Of a DNA stretch of 64,000 nucleotides, positions 26,101-38,100 are shown one piece after another. The stretch is taken from the NCBI RefSeq assembly GCF_030684315.1, contig NC_081388.1, forward strand, positions 23,295,015-23,359,014, in the 5' to 3' direction. The notes under the pieces were generated by a model that was not told the origin of the DNA, made no database searches, and saw only the letters and a program-made list of their open reading frames with translations. How positions within the stretch are numbered: the first letter of the stretch is position 1; the number at the start of each line of letters is the position of its first letter. A program made the translations under genes and the position numbers. The stretch comes from Stegostoma tigrinum. Taxonomy: Eukaryota.

Positions 26101-29100
26101 CACCCTTACACTTGTTGTGGAGAAAGGGGCAATCGTTGAAAGATGGATTCATTGGAAATCATTGCATAGCAGGAATCAGCCTTTAGGGAAGTGAGAAAGT
26201 AGGTATTGTCATCTAAGGTGTTGGCCCATAATGATCCAAAGCAAGATGTGGTGCTGACATGCGATGCTTCCTGTACGGTAGCAGGGTAGTGATGGCTCAC
26301 GGAGGCCCAACGGAGAGGAATTACCAATAACATATGCTTCCTGGACTTTGTGGCTGATGCTGAATGCAAACGTACCAAGTTGAGAAGGAAGGTTTGGCGG
26401 TCATCTTTGGTGTGAGGAAGTTCCATTAATATCTTTACACATGTGAATTTGTCATAGTAATGGACCACAGACTCCTGCTAGAGCTACTTAAAGAAGGCAA
26501 GGCTGTGCCTCCCATAGCTTCTGGTCAAATTCATTGGGCCCTTATTCTCAGTGGGTACCATTATCCGTTAGAACACCATCCAGGAAGCCAAATGGCAAAT
26601 GCAGATGCATTGACCCACTTCCCACTGGTAGATACTCCACTGGTGGTGCCTCCCCTGGAAGAGTCCGTTTTGCTTTAGCACTTTCTGGACACCCTTTTGG
26701 GTCACCGGCGACAACATTCAACTCTAGACACAGAAAGATCCCATCCCAGCAAAACTATAATGGCTGGTGGTAGCGGCGGCGGTGGTGGGCGGGGGGGGGG
26801 GGGGGGGCGCGGAAACAGAAGTGCCATTACAACTACAATTGAAACCTTGCTTGATCTGGTGAGACCAGGTTACCGTAGAGGATGGCATATTACTTAGAGG
26901 AACAAGAGTGATTGTCCCAGATACTGACTGAACTGCACAAATTTCCAAAATGAAGATGTTGGCAAGGAGTTATGGCTGGCAGCCTGGATTGGATGCTGAC
27001 ATAGCTGCATTAGTAGGACAGTGCCCAAATTGCCAATAAGCATCACCACTGGCAGCACTCCATAAATGTGTGGGAATTACTGGGTAAACCTTGGACTTGG
27101 TTACACATTAACTATTCTGCTCCTTTCACAGAATCCTGACAGTGTGGAAGCAGGTCTTTTGGCCCATCAAGTCCACACGCCCCTCCAAACAGCGTCCCAC
27201 CCAGGCTCCTACCCTACCCCTGTAACCCTGCATTTTTTCAATGGCCAATTCTCCTAATCTGAACATCTTTAGACTGTGGGAAGAAACTGGAGCAACTGGA
27301 GGAAACCCACACAGACACGGGGAGAATGCGCAAACTCCACACAGACAGTCATCTGAGGGTGGAATTGAACCCAGGTCCCTGGCGCTGTGAGGCAGCAGTA
27401 CTAACCACTGAGCCACTGTGCTGCCCAAAATGGGCTCAATATTCCATTGTGGATGCCTATTCAAAGTGGTTAGACAAGCATAAAACTCAATTGGCAAATT
27501 CAGGAACGATGATTGAAAAGCTATGATCATTATTTGTGAGACATGGATTCGCAGAAGTATTAGTCAAGGACAATGGGACATCATCTGCCAGCAGGGAATT
27601 CAAGTATTTCCTAAAGTCAAATGAATTCGGCAAGTTCGGATAGCTATCATACAATCTATCTTCCATGTTTTGGTGGAAAGAACCAAATGTTCAAGGCAGG
27701 CTTAATGAAGCAACCTACAACACTGTTCGATATCAAACTGTCCCAATTCCTGTTTGATTATTGGAACATCCCTCATGCAACAATTGGGGCAGCTCCAGCA
27801 GTGTTGCCAATGGGGAGAAGACTTTGTTAAAGCTGATAGCTCCAGACCTGGGGTGGTGGTGGCGGGGGAAGGGGAGGTGGAGGGTGAAATGGCAGTAGGA
27901 ACGCCAATGCCTGCCACATGCCTCCTCTAAGTGAGTTCACTTCATGGGGATTTCATTTGTTGCTGGAACACACAAATGGCCCAGCATGGATATGAGGCAA
28001 GGTCGACACAATGTCAGGTCCTGTGACATACAAAGTTCAGGGAGGTGAGGTGGTCCTGAACAAACAAATAGATCAGCTGAAAGCTGCTACTGCGCAAACA
28101 GGGCAGGTGAAAAACATACCTGGCCCCTCAGAACAGCCAGAAAAGATGTCAGAAACCATGGGTTGTCCCCCTCTGTCCAGCATTGAGGAAACCTCAGAGT
28201 CAGAGATGGATGCAGCCTCAAAAACATTACCGCCGGGAGAAGAGGAAGGAACACTCTTGAGATGCTGCAGATGCAAGAGACGGACAATGGTCTGGTACAT
28301 GCTGCCCATGTCCAAGTCAGAGGAACCAGACCTGAAGCGAAAACATCCCAGGAGAAGCTACAAAAGAAAGGACAGACCTACATTCCTGGACTTGGTGGTA
28401 AGGAAACATGGCCAGGTGGATCTCATTAACACTGAGATTCTAGATTGGCTCAGTTTAACAAACCCCAGCTGATAGATATAAACAGGGAATTCAGAAGGTC
28501 TTCTCAGTCTAGGGACTGACTTTGATCTGGCTGGTCACAGCTCATGTATAGGCCATATGTAAATGAAGGATGAAATGGTGATGGGAAACTGGCTTCTGTG
28601 CAGTTATTTCAGAATGGCAGTGTGTGGGTTTACAGCCACAAATGCCCCCCCAACCCCCCTTGGAGTTATTACCCAGGCATGTGGGACAAACATAGCGCAG
28701 GAGGAAGGTACTTCAACACATGAAAAGGAACACATGCAGGAGACTCCAAGATAATAAAATGTGAGGCTGGATGAACACAGCAGGCCAAGCAGCATCTCAG
28801 GAGCACAAAAGCTGACGTTTCGGGCCTAGACCCTTCATCAGAGAGGGGGATGGGGAGAGGGAACTGGAATAAATAGGGAGAGAGGGGGAGGCGGACCGAA
28901 GATGGAGAGTAAAGAAGATAGGTGGAGAGAGTGTAGGTGGGGAGGTAGGGAGGGGATAGGTCAGTCCAGGGAAGACGGACAGGTCAAGGAGGTGGGATGA
29001 GGTTAGTAGGTAGCTGGGGGTGCGGCTTGGGGTGGGAGGAAGGGATGAGTGGGAGGAAGAACCGGTTAGGGAGGCAGAGACAGGTTGGACTGGTTTTGGG

Positions 29101-32100
29101 ATGCAGTGGGTGGGGGAGAAGAGCTGGGCTGGTTGTGTGGTGCAGTGGGGGGAGGGGATGAACTGGGCTGGTTTAGGGATGCAGTGGGGGAAGGGGAGAT
29201 TTTGAAACTGGTGAAGTCCACATTGATACCATATGGCTGCAGGGTTCCCAGGCGGAATATGAGTTGCTGTTCCTGCAACCTTCGGGTGGCATCATTGTGG
29301 CAGTGCAGGAGGCCCATGATGGACATGTCATCTAGAGAATGGGAGGGGGAGTGGAAATGGTTTGCGACTGGGAGGTGCAGTTGTTTGTTGCGAACTGAGC
29401 GGAGGTGTTCTGCAAAGCGGTCCCCAAGCCTCCGCTTGGTTTCCCCAATGTAGAGGAAGCCGCACCGGGTACAGTGGATGCAGTATACCACATTGGCAGA
29501 TGTGCAGGTGAACCTCTGCTTAATGTGGAATGTCATCTTGGGGCCTGGGATGGGGGTGAGGGAGGAGGTGTGGGGACAAGTGTAGCATTTCCTGCGGTTG
29601 CAGGGGAAGGTGCCGGGTGTGGTGGGGTTGGAGGGCAGTGTGGAGCGAACAAGGGAGTCACGGAGAGAGTGGTCTCTCCGGAAAGCAGACAGGGGAGGGG
29701 ATGGAAAAATGTCTTGGGTGGTGGGGTCGGATTGTAAATGGCGGAAGTGTCGGAGGATAATGCGTTGTATGCGTTAATGCAGGAGACTGTTTCTCTGAGC
29801 CACTTGTACCCAACTAACCAGTTACAGAGCAGTATTATTAGAGGCAGGGAGCAGTTTATCCACGTGTCCCATTTCCCGAAAGGGTGCGGGAGAACAGGAG
29901 CCCAAAGTAATAATAACAACAGTAATATTAAATTCTGACCTTTGACCCTGATGTCCACATCCTTCTCATCACTTCCATATTGATTGGTAGCTCTACATAT
30001 ATAAATTCCTTGATGTTCTGAGGTTATGTACGGAATACGAAGAAATCCAGGACCAATCTCAATATTGTTGCCATTACTGGGATTTACCCACTCTAATACA
30101 GGTGAGGGTCTTCCATCGGACATACAGCTTAATGTAATTTCATCACCTTTAGTGACTTCTACCGGAAAGCCTGACACTGTTTTGTTATTTACTGATATGG
30201 TCATGATTGTGTCTCGTGGTTTATCTGGAAAAGAGAAGAAAAAGATGAAAATAGGCAGGCATACCCACAGGATCACTGATACAGCTCCCCAACACTGCTT
30301 CAGTTAGCAGGATATCCAAACCTGGCCACGTACTGGGGGAGAGTGGACTTCAACAGGGCAAGAAAAGAACAGGGCCGAATGAACAAAAACCAAAGGTTCA
30401 TGGAAAATCAATAGCTGAACAATGAACTGCCTTCAAAGACAAAATGGTTTGGGCACAGTCAACGAAAATTCCCACAAAGGGGCAAAGGGAGGCAAACAAA
30501 TGCAAACGATTTTCCATGTCAAAGGAGATGGAAATTCAGTTAGAAAGTGTGTTTCTGATGCATGTCAGATAGTAATTACAGCTGAGAACCAAACACAATA
30601 CAGAAGGCTCAGAAGTGATGTGACAAAGCAAAATGAGAAACAGATTGAGAGTTAACATATATAAAAAAAATTAGCTGTTTTCCACAAGCACCTCCACAAT
30701 AGAGGGTGGTGAAAGGAGGATTCGGGACAATAAAAGAGATTAACATTTAGGGGCAAGTGGCAGAGCTGAGATATGAAACTAATTTTCCATATCTGTCTTT
30801 ACCAAAGAGATAGATGCCATCCAGGCTGTGGTGCCAGGGGAAGAACCTCTGTCACTTAGAATGGATTAGATTTGATAAAGAGGAATGTTTGGATAAGCTC
30901 TCAGTACACAGAGTTGAAAAGGCTTGGGACTAGACCAAATGCTTCCGAGGACATGAAAGGAAGTGAGAATGGAAATTACACAGGTAGTCGCAAGAATCGT
31001 TCAATCTTGCCTGGAGTTGAAGTCAGAGCTGGAAGAATTTAGAATTGGAAATCTTCTCCAAAAATGTTTTAAAGATTGAACCAGCGATAGCAGACCAATC
31101 AGTTGAACTTCAGCAACGGGAAAACTTTCGGAAACAGTTATTCGGAATAAATAATTGTCACAAGGCTGCTGATGTGGTGTACAGGCTTCCAAAAGCTGTT
31201 TGATTATGTCCCACACAACAAGATGTTTGAAGAAAGTGATAAGTCATTGAATAAAAGGCATTACACTAATATAGAATCAAAATTGACTCAGTGATAGGAA
31301 TCAGAGAGTAGCAGCCGATGAATACATTTTGGACTGGATGGAGACGTATAGCAGCATTCCCCAGGGGTTAGTATGATGACCCTTACTGTTACGAATATAG
31401 ATGGTCTAGATCTTGTTGTGCAGGAGACAATTCCAAAATTAGCTAATGACAGAAAATGTGGAAGCATTGTAAACTGTGAGGAGGACAATGTTCTGGTCAT
31501 TTACAAGGGGTAGAGTGGGCTGGTAGGTTACAGCGGCAGTGGCACATTGCTATACAGTTAGCAGGGAGTTGTCCTGGGAGGCTTCAACAGTGACCCTGGA
31601 CCCCACAACGTGACATGACATGAGGCCAAACATGGACAAGGAAACCTCCTGGTGTTTACCATGAACCATACCCCCTCCCCTGCCGATCTGAATTTGTACT
31701 CCTCCATGTTGAACATCATTTAGAGGAAACACTGAGGGTGGCCAATACAGAATGTACTCTGGGTGGGAGACTTCAATGTCCATTGATAAGAATGACTTAG
31801 CAGCACCACCGACTGAGCTGGTCGAGTACTGAAGGATATTGCTGCTAGACTGGGTCGGCGGCAAATCAAGAGAGAACCAACAACAGGGACAAGCAAAGGT
31901 GACCTCATCCGCAACAATTCACCTACCACTAACATGTCTTTCCAAGACAGCATCAGTAATGCACAGTCCTTGTGGAGACCAAGTCATGTCTTCACATCGG
32001 GGAGCCGCAGGATGGTAATGAATTTCTGTGGGCAGTCAAATTTGAGCAGGATGCTCCATACTACCTCACAGTTGACCAAGGCAAACACATTTCTCGATCA

Positions 32101-35100
32101 AAGATGGCCATGTATTAAGGTTGGTGCTGTTTTCTACACTCTTTTGTTCAGTGTGCCTTGCTATGAAGCTCATATCCACTGTTCCTCTTGATCGATGGAT
32201 TCCACATTGTGACTCCAGTAGGAACTCTCCCACAGCTGGCAGGTAGTGATTGGGAAGTTTAACAATATTATTCCTGCGATGTATAACAGGAAGACTTCTG
32301 TGAAGTGAGTGCAATCTGCCTTTTCTCCTTCCTTTAAGGCAGTCACAATCTCAATGTTAGAGAACAATTGGCATACATTCCTTCTAGATGAAGTCTTTTT
32401 TTTTGTCAAGAGTGCTCCTCCACCCTATTTCAGTAATGTAGTGCAGATTCCATCTGTGCTGGCAGTTTGTTGGTTCAGAGCTGCCAGCTGACCTTTTTCA
32501 ACCTGTGTGTTGTGCTGAGATGATGATGGGTAGCATGTTGTGGGATGGGTTCGAGGGCACTCACCTCCATGGTTACACTTCAGGAAGGAGGTAATGGTCT
32601 GGAGATGATGTAGAAGACAGTCATGAAAATGGGACAAGGAATGAGGGACTTCCCTTATATGGAAACAATGAAAAGGTTTGGATTGTGCCATTCAAACAGT
32701 GACGGCCAAGAGGGGTTCTCTCAGACATCTCCAAGGCGATGAATCAATTGTGGACAAATAAGGAGGAGATTTTAGTGGCAAAAGGATTGATAACCATTAG
32801 ATACTGATTTCAGATGATTTGAAAAGGAACAAAGTGAGATGTGATTGCTTTTTCAAAGAAAGCAATTGATTGTTTTCTAGAATGAGCAGCCTGTAATGAT
32901 GGTGGAAGCAGATGCACTTGTGACTCTCATCAGAGAGCGAGAGACAAATATGTGAAAGAGAAACACTACAGTGTACATGCTCACATAGTTACAGTCTGTT
33001 GCACATTGCACTGGGGTAATAATGGACAGTGTCCTCACCTGGGGATCTCTGTCCCTTTGGCCTCTGTGAGAAAAGAAGCTGCTGCAGGGCAGTCTCTGTG
33101 TGAGGAGACCAAATCAATTTGGTTAGGACCAAGAGGAGAGTCGGTATAAGAATTTCACTGGTGTCCATTTTGACAAAAAAATCCCAATGACCTTTCATGA
33201 GGTAAATAATGCTACTTACACAGGACATGGAAGGTTCCAACTTGTTGTTTAATAACAGGGCTGGTTATTGACTGATCTTGAAGTTTCAGTTCAGCTTCAC
33301 AGATAAACTGCTGTCCATCCAGCTTTGCTTGAGCCTGTACTGTATGAGAGATAGTGAGCCCAGTACTGCTCGATCCTTTCGCTAATATGTCATTTTCTTT
33401 CTTCAGTTTGAGTTCAAGATCCCCTGAGACATTTAATACATGGCACGTAATGTTAACCAGATTTCCTCCATGGCTGGTTGGTATTTGGATTTCAGGGGAA
33501 GAGAAAACTAAAAACAAGAGACAGAAACTGTTAGAAACATTTGTTTATCAGTGCGGTCTCTATAGGGATGATGATGAGATGTTGAAATAGAAGTAGGTAA
33601 TTTGTCCCCTTGAGTCTGCTCCACCATTTAGTGAGATTTTAACTTATTTGATTACCCTCAGCTTTGCTTTTCTAGTTTGTTCCACTAAGCCTGAATCCTT
33701 TACTGATTAAAAATCTGTCTATCCCAGCCTTTAATATACCTATTGATTCATTCTCACCTTCCCTCAATGGTGAAATATTCTACAGATTTAATATGGAAAT
33801 ACAAACGGCTAACATCAGCTTTAAATGGGTAGTCCCTTATTCTGCGATTATGCTCTCTGATCTGAGACTCTCCTACAAGGGCAACAAACCTCTCTATATT
33901 AACCCTGTCAAGCTATGAACCTTGTCTGTTTCAGTACGACCTCCTCTCATTCTTGTAAATTCTAATAAGTACCTGCCCAAGTTACACGCCCTCTCCTTAT
34001 AAGAAAATCCCTTCCATACTCAGGATCCACTAGGTGAACCTTCTCTGAACTGCTTCATTCCCTTTGAAGTGAAGGCCAACACCTACTGGGGATTTGCCTT
34101 CCTCAATTACCTACTGAACTTGGATACTAGCTTTATGTCATTCTTGTAACTGGATGCTAAAATCCCCCTTTGCTGGAGCTTTCTATATTTCCCTGTTGAA
34201 GTAGCGGTCAGCTCCTCTGTTCTTCCTGCCAAAGTGCATAACCGCACATTCTCCCTCATTGTATTCTGTATTTTTGCCCACTTATTTAACCTGTTTGTAT
34301 CCCTCTGTCAATTCCTCGTGTCATCCTTTCCATTCACTTTCCTCATCCAAATCATTCATATATATAGTAAATAATTGTGGCCCCAGCAATGATCCCTGTG
34401 ACATTCCCCTCATTATTGATCCCTTTATCCTAACTTTCTGTCTTCTATTAGTTCAGCATTCCTCTATATAATTGTGTGCTAATATCCTGCACCCAACACC
34501 ATGACTTATTTTTTTAGCCTTATGTGTGGTACCTTATCAAATGCCACTTGAAAATCCAAATGTATTACATTGATTGGTTCCCTTTTATCAATTCTGCTTG
34601 TTAAATCCTCAAAATAACTGCAATAAATTAGTCTGCCATGATTCCCCTTCATAAGTCATGCTGAATCTGCTCATTTACATATGACTTTCCAAAAGCTCTG
34701 CTATTACATCATTTGGATTATACCTCTTTAAACATTTTCCCCAATAACAGATGTTAGAACCGGCTTTCAATTATCTATTTTTACCTTCCACCTTGTTCAA
34801 GTAAGTGTGTTACAATGGAAGCATTTCAATCCCCTGGCCTTTTCCAGAATGTAACATTCTTGGAAGATTGCTACCAATAGATTCACTATCTCTGCAGCTA
34901 CATCGTTGATAATCCTAGAATGCATTCCATCAGAGCCATTATTTCCTCCAGTACTTTTCCTTGAGTGTTAATTATTGTGTTTATTTCCTGACTTGCCGCC
35001 CTTTAACTCCGTTGATTATATCGCAATTTTCTATAATGAGGCAAAGAGAGGCAGCGTTCAGTGGTTATTGTTTACTGTCCATTTTACTACTGTTTCAGGG

Positions 35101-38100
35101 ACTGGTAGAAAGACTCACAGCATCATGCCATGTTCCTCGGGATCCTAGTCAGCATTCTTTCCTGGCCCAAAACTGTTTCTGTTAGTCCTGTTGTTCTTAT
35201 GAGATATGCACAAAAAGCAGGGCAAATCCAACCCAGCCAATTCCTGCCCTATCAGTCTCCTCTCTATCATTAGTAAAGTGATGGAACGTGCCCTCAACAG
35301 CACTATCAAGCAGCACCTGGTCAGCAATAACCTGCTCAGTGACGCCCAGTTTGGGTTCTGCCAGGGCCACTCAGCTCCTGACCTCCTTACAGCCTTGGTT
35401 CAAGTATGGGATAAAGAGCTGATTTCCACAGGTGTGCTGGGAGTGACGACCCGTGACAGCGAGTTTGCCTTTGACTAAGTGTGCTATCAAAGATAGTTGT
35501 GAATGTTGGAGGATAGACATTTCTACTCCAGGAATTTCCCAGTCAGTTGTGTCCCACCCAACCAAGTTCAGCTGCTTCATCAATGACTTTGCCTCCACCA
35601 TAAGGTCAGAAATGAAGATGCACTGAGGATTACTCAATTTCATCACCACTGGCAACACCTCAAGAGTTGAAATAGTCCATATTCAAATGCAACAATATCT
35701 AGGCTTGGTTTGACAAGTGACACATTTGTGCAATACAAAAACCAGGGAATGATCATCTCCAAGAAGCAACATTCCAACCACTGCCACTTGACATTTAATG
35801 GCATCACTGTCATTGCATTCCCCACTAACAACATCCCGGGGTTACCATTGACCAGAAACTAACCTGAACTCACCATACAAATACTGTGGCCACAGGAGCA
35901 GTCAGAGACTTGGAAAACTGCGGTGAGTAACTCACCTCTGACTCCCCAAACCATGTCCACCATCTACAAGGCACTAACCAGGAGTGTGATGGAATACTCC
36001 TCACTTGCCTTGATGAGTGTAGCTCGAGTAACACCCAAGAAGCTCATTGATGAGGGTAGTGCAGTTGCTGTGTTTACACAAACTTCAGTAAGGCCTTTCA
36101 AAAGGTCCAACATAGAAGGTATCTTCAAAAAGTAACAGCCAAAGGGATCTCAGGAAGTTGACAAACGGAATCCAACATTGGTTTGCAAATAGGACACAAA
36201 TGATGATTGCTGAGGGATGTTTTTGTGATTTGAAGCCTGTGACCATATTGATCAGTGCTGGGATTCTTGCTGTTTATTATGTACATGAACAACTTGGATG
36301 TGCATGCAGAAGGTATAATTTTAAGTTTGCCGATGATACAAAAATTGGTAGTGTTATTGATAGTAAGGAGGATGGTTTCAGGATACAATCTGATATTGAT
36401 TAACTGGTAAATTAGGCAGTGAAATGGTAGATGGAAATCAATCTTGATGAGTATCCAATATGGGAAGGACATACACAATGAATGGTAAGCCCTGAAGGAA
36501 TTCAGAAGAACAGAGGGATCTTGGTTACAAATCTATAGATTCCTGAAATTATCCACGCAGGTAGACAGGGTGGTAAAGAAGGCATACAGGATACATACCT
36601 ACGTTTGATGTAAAATGTAGGAGCAAGGAAGTCCTGTCACAACTTTATGAAACATTGATTAGGTCTCAGATGGAATACTGTCTGCAGTTCTGGTTGCCAC
36701 ATTATCAGAAAGATGTGATTGCACTAGAGAGGATGCAGAGGAGATTCACCAGGATGTTGTCTGGGAAGGAAAGGCTCAGTTATGAGGAGAGACTGGATAG
36801 GCTCAGTGCGTTTTCCCCACAGCAGAGGAAGCTGAGGGAGGTCCTGATTGAGGGAGACAAAATTACAAGAAGCATAGAGGGTGTAGATAGTGAGAACCTT
36901 CCCACATGTCAGACGTGTCTAACACCTAAGGACCTGAGTATGAGGTGGGGAGTAAGTTGTTTAGATGACATCTGAGAAACAAAGACAATCCCCCCTCCCA
37001 TATGGTGGGAGAAATATGGAACATGCTGTCTGAGGGGGTGGTGGAGGCAGATATTCTCACAACATTTAAGAAGCATCTGGGCAAACACACAATCTGCCGG
37101 GCAGAGTAGGCAATGGACCAAGTGCAGGTAAACGTGGTTAGTATAGATTGTGGTTAGTTGTTCAGCATCAGCACTGTGGGCAGGCGGGCCTGCTTCTACG
37201 CTGTATGACTTCATGAGCATCCAGAGCAAAGCAGCCTACTTGATTGGCAGAAGGCTAATTCTGATGAAGAGTCACTGGACCTGAAATGTTGACTCTCTTT
37301 CTCTCCACATGCTGCTGAATTTCTCCTGCAATTTCTAGCTTTGTTTGTGATAGCTACCCAATTCATTGGCACCACATCCACAAACATTGATTCCCTCCAC
37401 CACTGCTCTGTATCAGCAGTGTATACTATCTGCAGGATGCACTGCAGAAGTTCGCTCAAGATCCTTAGTCAGCACCTTCCAACCCCACGATCACTTCCAT
37501 TTAGAAGGACAACGGCAGCTCATACATGGGAACAGTACCATATGCATGCCCACTTCCAAACTATTCACCATGCTGACTTTGAAATATGTTACCATTCCTT
37601 CACTGTCACTAGGTTACAATCCAGGAACACTGTCCCCAACAGCTCTGCCACAATTGCATTGTGGGTCACCCTCCAGCTCATCGACACTTTCTCAAGGGCA
37701 ACTGAAGATACACAATAAGTACTGCCCAGCTATTGACAGCTAGTGCATAAAAGAAAACAATCCTGCAATCTGAGATAATGGGAACTGCAGATGCTGGAGA
37801 ATCCAAGATAACAAAGTGTGGAGCTGGATGAACACAGCAGGCCAAGCAGCCTCTCAGGAGCACAAAAGCTGACGTTTCGGGCCTAGACCCTTCATCAGAG
37901 AGGGGGATGGGGAGAGGGTTCTGAAATAAACACCTCCGCTCGGTTTGCAATAAACAACTGCACCTCCCAGTCGCGAACCATTTTAACTCCCCCTCCCATT
38001 CCTTAGACGACATGTCCATCCTGGGCCTCCTGCAGTGCCACAATGATGCCACCCGAAGGTTGCAGGAACAGCAACTCATAGTCCACTTGGGAACCCTGCA

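Noticed and set aside
26764-26812. Gly-rich GGSGGGGGRGGGGGRG peptide / G-quadruplex element
   Set aside because: A poly-G expansion inside a dead Gypsy pol region; no evidence of function.
29533-30276. 247-aa ORF as an Ig-retroelement fusion protein
   Set aside because: It is an internal exon plus intron read-through into a Penelope insertion in a non-coding frame. The apparent N-terminal hydrophobic leader is the polypyrimidine tract.
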